Positions 27,901 to 37,455 of a stretch of 64,000 bases of DNA are shown here, piece after piece. Under the pieces are notes generated by a model. It searched no databases and was not told where the DNA came from. It saw nothing but the letters and a program-made list of their open reading frames with translations. The stretch is from Eledone cirrhosa (lineage: Eukaryota), in contig OZ024760.1 in assembly GCA_964016885.1 (NCBI GenBank), positions 32,426,001-32,490,000 on the forward strand. The letters run 5' to 3'. Position 1 is the stretch's first letter. Every line of letters starts with the position of its first letter. The translations under genes and the position numbers were made by a program.

Positions 27901-28649
27901 CTAACTCTGGTGTTGTCAGCTAATGGGACCCTGATTGAGCTGAGCCAGCCTACCTCTTGTTAGCAGCTAATTGGACCCTTATTGAGCTGAGCCAGCCTAC
28001 CTCTGGTTGGCAGCTAATGGGACCCTGATTGAGCTGAGCCAGCCTACCTCTCGTGTTGCAGCTAATGGGACCCTGATTGATCTGAGCCAGCCTACCTCTG
28101 GTGTTGGCAGCTAATGGGACCCTGATTGAGCTGAGCCAGCCTACCTCTGGTGTTGGCAGTTATGGGACCCTGATTGAGTTGAGCCAGCCTACGTCAGGTG
28201 TTGGCAGTTATGGGACCTTGATTGAGCTGAGCCAGCCTAGCTCTGATGTTGGCAGCTGATGGGACCCTGATTGAAATGAAGCCAGCCTACCTCATGTTGG
28301 CAGTTAATGGTACCCTGATTGAGCTGAGCAAATGGCGAATTATTATTACTTTTTTTTAAATACTAAAACATATTTCTAGGATAAAATACTAGTTAAACAC
28401 AGAAAAAGAGAGTAGTATTGGAAAGCACTATAAATGCTTTCTTTATTTATAAATGAGAGGAAAAGTGTGGGAAAGTGCAATAATTGCTGGGTAATAGGAC
28501 AGAGGTGGGTGTGAGGCTCTACAGGGGGCATTGTGGAGATAAACAGTATGATGTAGAGTTATTTTAACATACAACACCCCCTAGCGCCTGGTTGGTAGCT
28601 GACAGTGAGCTCCCATTCCCTGTAATGTATCAGCTTACAGACATCTTAC

Positions 28650-29610
28650 ATGTTGTTGTTGGTGGTGTTGGTGTTGGTGTTCGTGTTGGTGTTGTTGGTG
28701 GTGTTGTTGGTGTTGTTGTTGTTGGTGTTGGTGTTGTTTGTGTTGTTGTTGGTGTTGTTGTTGTTGGTGTTGTTGCGGTTGGTGTTGTTGCTGTTGGTGT
28801 TGTTGGTGTTGGTGTTGTTGTTGTTGGTGTTGTTGGTGTTGTTGTTGTTGGTGTTGGTGTTGTTTGTGTTGTTGGTGTTGTTGTTGTTGTTGTTGGTGGT
28901 GTTGGTGTTGTTTGTGTTGTTGCTGTTGGTGTTGTTGTTGGGGTTGGTGTTGGTGTTGTTGGGGTTGGTGGTGTTGGTGTTGGTGTTGTTGTTGGTGTTG
29001 TTGGCGTTGTTGTTGTTGGTGGTGTTGTTGTTGTTGGTATTGTTGCTGTTGGTGTTGGTGTTGTTGTTGTTGGTGTTGTTGGTGTTGGTGTTGTTGGTGT
29101 TGGTGTTGTTGGTGTTGGTGTTGGTGTTGTTGTTGTTGGTGTTGTTGGTGTTGTTGGTGTTGGTGTTGTTGGTGTTGTTGTTGTTGGTGGTGTTGTTGGT
29201 GGTGTTGTTGCTGTTGGAGTTGTTGTTGTTGGTGTTGTTGGTGTTGGTGTTGTTGTTGTTGTTGGTGTTGTTGTTGTTGGTGTTGTTGGTGTTGTTGTTG
29301 TTGTTGTTGTTGGTGTTGTTGTTGTTGTTGGTGTTGTTGGTGTTGTTGTTGTTGTTGGTGGTGTTGTTGGTGGTGTTGTTGCTGTTGGAGTTGTTGTTGT
29401 TGGTGTTGTTGGTGTTGGTGTTGGTGTTGTTGGTGGTGTTGTTGGTGTTGTTGTTGTTGGTGTTGTTGGTGTTGTTGTTGGTGTTGTTGGTGTTGGTGTT
29501 GGTGTTGGTGTTGTTGTTGGTGTTGTTGTTGTTCGATTTGGTGTTGTTGGTGTTGGTGTTGGTGTTGTTGGTGTTGTTGTTGTTGTTGGTGTTGTTGTTG
29601 GTGTTGTTGG

Positions 29611-29665
<55 letters not shown>

Positions 29666-29771
29666 GGTGTGGTTGCTGTTGGTGTTGTTGGTGTTGGTGT
29701 TGTTGTTATTGTTGTTGGTGTTGTTGGTGTTGCTGTGGTTGGTGTTGGTGTTGTTGTTGGTGTTGTTGTTG

Positions 29772-29803
<32 letters not shown>

Positions 29804-31901
29804 GTTGTTGTTGTTGGTGGTGGTGTTGTTGTTGTTGGTGTGGTTGCTGTTGGTGTTGTTGGTGTTGGTGTTGGTGTTGTTGTTGGTGTTGTTGGTGTTG
29901 TTGTTGTTGGTGTTGTTGTTGGTGTGGTTGCTGTTGGTGTTGTTGCTGTTGGTGTTGGTGTTGTTCTTGTTGTTGGTGTTGTTGGTGTTGGTGTTGTTGT
30001 TGTTGGTGTTGTTGGTGTTGGTGTTGTTGTTGGTGTTGTTGGTGTTGCAGTTGGTGTTGTTGTTGTTGTTGTTGGTGTTGGTGTTGTTGTTGGTGTTGTT
30101 TGTGTTGTGTTGTTGTTGGTGTTGTTATTGGTGTTGTTGGTGTTGTTGGTGTTGTTGTTGTTGTTGGTGTTGTTGGTGTTGTTGTTGTTGTTGGTGTTGT
30201 TGGTGTTGTTGTTGTTGGTGTTGTTGGTGTTGGTGTTGGTGTTGTTGTTGGTGTTGTTATTGGTGTTGTTGGTGTTGTTGGTGTTGTTGGTGTTGTTGGT
30301 GTTGGTGTTGTTGCTGTTGGTTTTGATGTTGTTGTTGTTGTTGTTGGTGTTGGTGTTGTTGTTGGTGGTGTTGGTGTTGTTGGTGTTGGTGTTGTTGTTG
30401 GTGTTGCTGTTGCTGTTGGTGTTGTTGCTGTTGGTGTTGGTGTTGTTGTTGTTGGTGGTGTTGTTGGTGTTGTTGGTGTTGGTGTTGTTGGTGTTGGTGT
30501 TGTTGTTGTTGTTGGTGTTGTTGGTGTTGGTGTTGTTGTTGTTGGTGTTGTTGCTGTTGGTGTTGTTGTTGCTGTTGGTGTTGTTGGTGTTGTTGGTGTT
30601 GGTGTTGTTGGTGTTGTTGTTGTTGGTGTTGTTGCTGTTGGTGTTGTTGTTGCTGTTGGTGTTGTTGGTGTTGGTGTTGGTGTTGTTGTTGTTGTTGGTG
30701 TTGTTGGTGTTGGTGTTGTTGGTGTTGGTGTTGTTGTTGTTGTTGGTGTTGTTGGTGTTGGTGTTGGTGTTGTTGTTGTTGTTGGTGTTGTTGGTGTTGG
30801 TGTTGTTGGTGTTGTTGTTGTTGGTGTTGTTGCTGTTGGTGTTGTTGGTGTTGGTGTTGGTGTTGTTGTTGATGTTGGTGGTGTTGTTGTTGTTGGTGTT
30901 GTTGGTGTTGGTGTTGTTGGTGTTGGTGTTGTTAGTGTTGGTGTTGTTGTTGTTGGTGTTGTTGGTGTTGGTGTTGTTGGTGTTGGTGTTGGTGTTGTTG
31001 TTGGTGTTGTTGGTGTTGGTGTTGTTGGTGTTGGTGTTGTTGTTGTTGTTGGTGTTGTTGTTGTTGTTGGTGTTGTTGCTGTTAGTGTTGTTGCTGTTGG
31101 TGTTGTTGTTGTTGTTGGTGTTGTTGCTGTTAGCGTTGTTGCTGTTGGTGTTGTTGTTGATGTTGGTGTTGTTGTTGTTGTTGGTGTTGTTGCTGTTGGT
31201 GTTGTTGGTGTTGGTGTTGTTAGTGTTGGTGTTGTTGTTGTTGGTGTTGTTGGTGTTGGTGTTGTTGGTGTTGGTGTTGGTGTTGTTGTTGATGTTGTTG
31301 GTGTTGGTGTTGTTGTTAGTGTTGTTGCTGTTGGTGTTGTTGTTGTTGTTGTTGTTGGTGTTGTTGCTGTTAGTGTTGTTGCTGTTGGTGTTGTTGTTGT
31401 TGTTGGTGTTGTTGCTGTTAGCGTTGTTGCTGTTGGTGTTGTTGTTGGTGGTGTTGTTGGTGTTGTTGTTGTTGTTGTTGTTGTTGGTGTGGTTGCTGTT
31501 GATGTTGTTGCTGTTGGTCTTGGTGTTGTTGGTGTTGGTGTTGTTTTTGTTGGTGTTGTTGGTGTTGGTGTTGTTGTTGTTGGTGTTGTTGGTGTTTTTG
31601 TTGTTGTTGTTGTTGATGTTGTTGGGGTGGGTGTTGTTGTTGGTGTTGGTGTTGTTGTTGGTGTTGGTGTTGTTGTTGTTGGTGTTGTTGGTGTTGGTGT
31701 TGTTGTTGTTGGTGTTGTTGGTGTTTTTGTTGTTGTTGTTGTTGATGTTGTTGGGGTGGGTGTTGTTGTTGGTGTTGGTGTTGTTGTTGGTGTTGGTGTT
31801 GTTGTTGTTGGTGTTGTTGGTGTTGGTGTTGTTGTTGTTGGTGTTGTTGGTGTTGGTGTTGTTGTTGTTGGTGTTGTTGTTGTTGTTGTTGTTGGTGTTG
31901 G

Positions 31902-31938
<37 letters not shown>

Positions 31939-31969
31939 GGTGTTGTTCTCTCGTGTTTTTTTTTTCCTA
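28650..31969 (-). CDS. Candidate mucin-like Thr/Pro-rich internal exon (about 1100 codons, one frameshift near 30105)
   Basis: Minus strand reads ACA/CCA/GCA/TCA codons (T/P/A/S) without stops. It is bounded by tttatttag|TAG|GA acceptors (exon start 31969 or 31966) and an ACA T|GTAAGA donor at 28650, all phase 1. No flanking exons were found. Confidence 0.35.
28651..31947. repeat. 3.3-kb (GTT/GGT)n trinucleotide tract
   Basis: Directly visible. There is a single non-triplet indel near 30105. Confidence 0.97.
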
Positions 31970-32338
31970 CTAAATAAATCATTGTTTAAATTTCTATATT
32001 ACTGTCCACCACCACCACCACCAACATTACGAATTGTTAGAAATAGCAGCTAAATCCCTCGAAATGGTGGTGGTGTCCATCATCATCCTCATAGTGGTAC
32101 CAGTTAATGTTTACTGAAGAAGACGATGTGGAGACTTAAGATGAAGATACAGAGAGGAAGTGAGAAGTGTGTGTGTGCAGGGTGGGGGAGTGATTTCCTT
32201 CCGTTTACTCCCCCCCTCATACACTCTCTCTCTGTCGCCCCCTCTCTCCCTCTCACCGGAACAGCTCCTGTGTCAAACCACTTAACACTACACACAAGTA
32301 GCTTATTACAAGCAATTGGTCTGTAGGGAACATATACA

Positions 32339-32391
<53 letters not shown>

Positions 32392-32401
32392 ACACACACA
32401 G

Positions 32402-32452
<51 letters not shown>

Positions 32453-32490
32453 ACACACACAGACACATATATATATACAACACACACATC

Positions 32491-32543
<53 letters not shown>

Positions 32544-32544
<1 letters not shown>

Positions 32545-32839
32545 GTAAAAGTTGTATTTAAATTGTTGGGATACAACAAGCAAATATTTTTATAACTGAT
32601 ATAAAGCACTCAACAAATAATTGGAGTAAAAATACGATATTAACAAATGGAAACTATATTTATAAAACCATATTTATTTCATTATACATATTTCAAGGAC
32701 ACCAAGTTAAATTATGGTGTGCTTTATATTATATTTTATCTGACGAAAGCACACCATAATTTAACTTGGTGTCCTTGAAATATGTATAATGAAATAAATA
32801 TGGTTTTATAAATATAGTTTCCATTTGTTAATATCGTAT
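32544..32839. mobile_element. Fold-back PLE-type terminal-repeat unit (family A) in (TA)n
   Basis: Inverted arms 32632-32725 / 32746-32839 plus an unpaired tail of about 90 bp. The same family occurs at 50448-50888. Confidence 0.8.
32732..32796 (+). ncRNA. Type I hammerhead ribozyme
   Basis: Stem I tattttat/atgaaata, core CTGACGA, stem II AAG-ACACCA/TGGTGT-CTT, GAAA, minimal stem III TATGTA, cleavage triplet ATA. AATAAA follows. Confidence 0.8.
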
Positions 32840-32859
32840 ATATATATACAGCACACACA

Positions 32860-32907
<48 letters not shown>

Positions 32908-33314
32908 ACACACACACACGCACATATATATATATACACGCACATATATATTTATATACACACATATATATATATATACACATGGTGGTGGCTGCCAACT
33001 CGTTTTCGAGTACGGCCACTACTTTATATCCATGTAGGAGAACCCCTACCGATGCGCTGAACGAATGTGACTTTTTAGTCCAGCCAGCGACTTGAAAACT
33101 CTGGTACAAACACTACACTTGTGACCATTATTGACACATAGTGCAGGGCCCATGGTACCATGTGATGACAAGTGCAGAGAGATCTCCAGATATAAAGCAA
33201 TGCCTGTGCTGTGAAGCTTTTATAGTGAGCAAAGGCACTGCACAAAGCCAGTCCCACTCTCTTAACCAAGATGATATTTACCAAAAAGAATAACAAGTCA
33301 ACATCATTGGATAC

Positions 33315-33580
33315 CATCAGGGTTGCAGGTGTTATATCAGAGTTTTCCTTCTCCTAGAATTCTGCCTTGACAAAGGCTAAGGGGTCATCTCTCCCGGTGA
33401 TTTTGGATGGCTATTGACTCTTAAGAGCTCCCTTGCCCTTTGACAGGTTTTGTTTTTAGTCCTGCAGGATGTCCAAAGTCACCCTCCTCACCAAGAAACC
33501 TTGGTGGGGTTGCCAGTTTAGTCGCCAACGACCCGACCATGAGACAGGTTGTACTGGGATACATGTTACCAGTAGCACCA
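33315..33580 (-). mobile_element. 5'-UTR fragment of an RTE-clade LINE (or derived SINE)
   Basis: Minus strand contains CCTTAGCCTTTGTCAAGGCAG..CTAGGAGAAGGAAAACTCTGA, a motif I recognise from RTE 5' regions. Confidence 0.55.
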
Positions 33581-33834
33581 ACTGGTGACCTGACATAATA
33601 TATACATAGACACGTATATACACACACCCTGGTGACCTGACATATATACACATAGACCAACTGGTGACCAACTGGTGACCTGACATATATACACATAGAC
33701 ACGTATATACACACACCCTCACATAAACAACATCCCCCCTCCTTAACCCCCCCACCTCTTCACAATAACACCACCACATCATACTTCCTCATTCATTAAC
33801 ACAACCACACCACTAGCTGTATGTGATGAAATAT

Positions 33835-33867
<33 letters not shown>

Positions 33868-33894
33868 GACACACATATATCTATCTATCTATCT

Positions 33895-34085
33895 AAGGCG
33901 GGTAAAATTCCCGAGATCCATATCCCGCATCTCCAACAGACCAGTGTCTGTCCTTAGGGCATCAACATATGTTAACCTTGGTCTTCCTCTTCTAGTGTGT
34001 CCATGTAGGGGCTCCCAAAGGAGCACTGAGTGCAATGTCAACTCTGGATGTCGGTGAGCATGTTCAGCCAACCTCAGTCTCCTCT
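33895..34085 (-). pseudogene. 3' fragment of an RTE-like LINE ORF
   Basis: Translation QRRLRLAEHAHRHPE..LLWEP.HG..RRGRPRLTYVDALRTDTG matches the RTE C-terminal motif. Confidence 0.8.
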
Positions 34086-34381
34086 GTGTGTGTGTATATA
34101 TATATATATACACACACACATATATATATATATATATACACACACTCACATATATATATATATATATATGAATTTCTATAGACTTTTGAATGAGGAATGT
34201 TCTAACAACTGACCAATGAGAGGAGAAGAGGCCCTTTGACACTGAAATTCGTTTGTTTGAATTCATATGATTCCACTTCCTCAGTGAATTAACAACCCAA
34301 CCAGGAACTGGGCATATCAGAGTATTTACAATATTATACACCTCAACAACATATGTACTTGTCTATACCACACTAATTCAG

Positions 34382-34436
34382 ACTGCCTGAAGAGGTCACA
34401 GCCAAAGATGGCTGTCACCGAAATATATATAGCAGT
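34382..34436 (+). ncRNA. Type I hammerhead ribozyme
   Basis: Stem I ACTGC/GCAGT, core CTGAAGA, stem II GGT-ACAGCCA/TGGCTGT-ACC, GAAA, palindromic TATATA stem III, cleavage triplet ATA. AATAAA lies immediately downstream. Confidence 0.88.
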
Positions 34437-34592
34437 AATAAACGAAGCTAAATTTTAAATATTTGACTTTTTATTTTACTTTATTTTATATTACTCCGGA
34501 GAAACCAAACCAACCTGCGCACTTCGTCGAGTCCTCCAGACTGCATATTGAGGTGTTGGTATACAACCAACATATACTCAAAATCTATACAC

Positions 34593-34637
<45 letters not shown>

Positions 34638-34644
34638 TATATAT

Positions 34645-34691
<47 letters not shown>

Positions 34692-34704
34692 TATATATAT
34701 ATAT

Positions 34705-34747
<43 letters not shown>

Positions 34748-34889
34748 AACTGCTACAGATGGGTCAACATATGGTATTGTGGGTTGATGTAGAAGTATCT
34801 AGGTTTTGTGGTTATCATGGATACACCATTTCATTGGTAATACCACCACAATCATCACTACTACATACATGCATACATATATATATATA

Positions 34890-34927
<38 letters not shown>

Positions 34928-34952
34928 CATACAAATATATATATATAGATAT

Positions 34953-36443
34953 ATCATCATCATCATCATCATTTTACGTCCGCTCTTCCCTGCTTGCAAG
35001 GGTGGGACGGGTTCTATTTAGCACAGCATCTCTCCACTTGTCACGGTCCTTCGTCATCTCCACCGTGAGCTTCAGCGATCTGAGATCTGTTCTCACCACC
35101 TCCGCCCATGTTTTTCGTGGTCTACCTCTACCACGTCTTCCTTCAACTGGCATTTCCTGGCACTTCTTCACCCATCGGTCATCCTCCATGCGCATCACAT
35201 GTCCATACCACCTCAGTCTCCTCTCTCGCACACTACATTCTATCCCATTAAGACACAGTTTCTCTCTCAACACATTCATGCTGGGTCGTTCACGCACATT
35301 GACACTGCACATCCAATGGAGCATGCTTGCCTCATTTCTCTCCAGCCATCGCATATCCTCTGCAGTTGCTGCCCATGTCTCACTACCATGCAGTATCGCG
35401 CTCCTCACACAGGCATCATATAACCGGCCTTTCATACGCAGGGAGAAACCCTTCATCGTCAGCAGTGGAAGCAGCTCCCTAAACTTCTTCCAACCCGTCC
35501 TTATTCTAGATACTATGGCCTCGGAACACCCCTCTCCCATGCTAATCTGATCTCCTAGGTACCGGAAGCTATCCACCACTTCTATAGCACCCTCTTGCAT
35601 TTGAAAAATGTGTCTATCAATGAGACTTCTACTGTCTAATTTCCCTGTACATCTACTGCATTCATATTTCTCCCTACCTGTTAGTTTGCCTGCTATCCCG
35701 CTACATCTCTTGTGTACCCAGGATCTGCATTGTGTGCATTTTATAGAATTTATGCCAGTTCCTTTTCTGCATATCGAACATGGCCATTTCCCTGATTGAA
35801 TCAGAGTTTTGTCCTCTTTTCTACTTATCAACACTTTTGTCTTAGCTAGGTTCACTCTCAGTCCTCTTGCTTCCAACTGCTGTTTCCATAGCCAGAATTT
35901 ATTCTCTAGCTCCTCTACTGATTCTGCTATAAGAACCAGATCGTCAGCATAGAGAAGTTCCCATGGACAGCCAGTCTTAAACTCCTCTGTTATGTCTTGG
36001 AGGACAATAATGAACAAGAGCAGGCTGAGAACCGAACCTTGATGTACTCCTACTTGTATCTGGAATTCCTCACTAAACTCCATTCCTACCCTGATTTTAC
36101 TGACAGTACCTCTGTACAAAGTTTGCACTGTCCTCACAAGCCATTCCTCAACACCTAGTTTCCTTAGGGACCACCAGATGACAGATCGGGGTACCCTATC
36201 AAAGGCCTTCTCTAGGTCAACAAAGGCTAAGTATAGTAGCTTATCCTTCTCTAAGAACCTGTCTTGTAATTGTCTCACCAAGAAGAGAACATCTGTTGTA
36301 CTCTTCCCAGGCACAAAACCAAACTGCATCTCATCTAGTTTGACCCTTTCTCTAATTAGTTGTGCTAATATCCTTTCTGCCACTTTCATAACCTGATCCA
36401 TCAGTTTTATACTCCTATAATTGCTCCTCTCCAGAGCATCCCC
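34953..36443 (-). mobile_element. 5'-truncated RTE-clade LINE with (GAT)n tail
   Basis: Open frame carries RT motifs (QFGF, FVDLEKAFD, GVHQGSVLS, YADD) and the C-terminal RRGRGRP. The 3' end is TAAAATGATGATGAT, flanked by (TA)n. Confidence 0.95.
34974..36443 (-). CDS. Partial LINE reverse transcriptase ORF with an embedded PHD-like zinc finger
   Basis: ORF 34974-36401 extends upstream (GDALERSNYRSIKLM) to the truncation point. C4HC3 spacing in CSIC...CTQC..WVH..C...CSRC. Confidence 0.85.
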   Translation of the reverse strand, partial: GDALERSNYRSIKLMDQVMKVAERILAQLIRERVKLDEMQFGFVPGKSTTDVLFLVRQLQDRFLEKDKLLYLAFVDLEKAFDRVPRSVIWWSLRKLGVEEWLVRTVQTLYRGTVSKIRVGMEFSEEFQIQVGVHQGSVLSLLLFIIVLQDITEEFKTGCPWELLYADDLVLIAESVEELENKFWLWKQQLEARGLRVNLAKTKVLISRKEDKTLIQSGKWPCSICRKGTGINSIKCTQCRSWVHKRCSGIAGKLTGREKYECSRCTGKLDSRSLIDRHIFQMQEGAIEVVDSFRYLGDQISMGEGCSEAIVSRIRTGWKKFRELLPLLTMKGFSLRMKGRLYDACVRSAILHGSETWAATAEDMRWLERNEASMLHWMCSVNVRERPSMNVLREKLCLNGIECSVRERRLRWYGHVMRMEDDRWVKKCQEMPVEGRRGRGRPRKTWAEVVRTDLRSLKLTVEMTKDRDKWRDAVLNRTRPTLASREERT

Positions 36444-36459
36444 TATATATATATTTATA

Positions 36460-36980
36460 TATTGTTATACTTTGGGAGGGTCATGTTGCCAATAAGAAAC
36501 ACACGCACCAGTTGTTTCACTCCAATTTATTATAAATTAAAAATTTTCATTTTTTTTTATTTTTTCAAAATATTTATAAACTTCCGGATGGTTGGTTGGT
36601 TCCACAACCGGACGGTTATTCATATATTGTCAAAGTTCTTTCGTCACACATTCTGTGACCTCTTGGGGATTCTTTTCTTTGTTTTGTGCCTCTCCTTTGT
36701 TCTGTCCTACGCCATCTTGTTTTTGTGTGTGACGAATGTGTGACAAAAGAACTTTGACAATATATGAACAACCGTGGGGTTGTGGAACCAACCAACCGGA
36801 AGTTTATAAATTTTTTGAAAAAATAAAAAAATAAAAATTTTTAAATTTATAATAAGCTGGAGTGAATGCAACTGGTGCGTGTGTTTCTTATTGGCAACAT
36901 GACCCCCTCTAAGTAGAACAATATCGGTTTCAACACACGTTTTCAAATAAAGAATCTTACTAAATAAATTCAGAAATGAA
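36460..36980. mobile_element. Fold-back element (family B) with inverted arms and a 60-bp tail
   Basis: Arms 36461-36652 / 36734-36920, tail 36921-36980 containing AATAAA. The same family occurs at 50021-50432. Confidence 0.75.
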
Positions 36981-37261
36981 ATATATATATATATATATAT
37001 AATAACTAGAAATAGTTATCTTAATTTTGGATATAGATATATATTTATATAAATATACACATACATATATAATGAAAAGATTCAGGACCCCGATGGCTGA
37101 GCTTCAGACGTTCCAACAGCTAGATATATATTTAATTACAAAATAAACAACACAATATAATTATTTCATTACTGAAGGTTTCAAGGAACTAGATTATTCT
37201 TGCAATAAACATCCAGTTCAATTGTCAGACAAAATAATATATATCTATATATATGTATATA

Positions 37262-37455
37262 ATAAAGAAAATTATTGTGAACAGTGCTCAGGTGCACTAC
37301 AACTCATCAAAGGTGCATGTATAGTACATAGATTAATGTACAAATGTCAAGAAAGTGAACAGTGTATTAGTCATGATATACACATACAGACATACATGCG
37401 TGCGTGTGTATAGAGAGGGATATCAGGTGTAGTGTTGGCGAATTTTGGGAAGCTT
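37262..37455 (-). mobile_element. 3' end (last codons + 3' UTR) of a CR1-type LINE, contiguous with the 61-bp satellite
   Basis: Minus strand continues the satellite frame ...SFKTSKLPKIRQHYT* and then runs into an AT-rich UTR. Confidence 0.65.

Larger units (their letters stand above)
1..28330. repeat. Satellite DNA array, 47-bp consensus monomer (variants 46-49 bp), roughly 600 copies, continues off the left edge
   Basis: Tandem consensus GAGCTGAGCCAGCCTACCTCTGG(TG)TTGGCAGCTAATGGGACCCTGATT. Period 47 measured at 27421/27468. Ends abruptly at ...gagctgagca|aatggcgaatt. Confidence 0.98.

Noticed and set aside
28572-28600. CTCF-like GCGCTAGGGGGTG, and CACCAGAGGTAG in the satellite
   Set aside because: These are partial matches only and cannot be supported without PWM scoring or ChIP data.
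28592-32053. Three long plus-strand ORFs (poly-V/G, L/V, C/W)
   Set aside because: Stop-free only because a G/T triplet repeat cannot make stop codons. The proteins are implausible.
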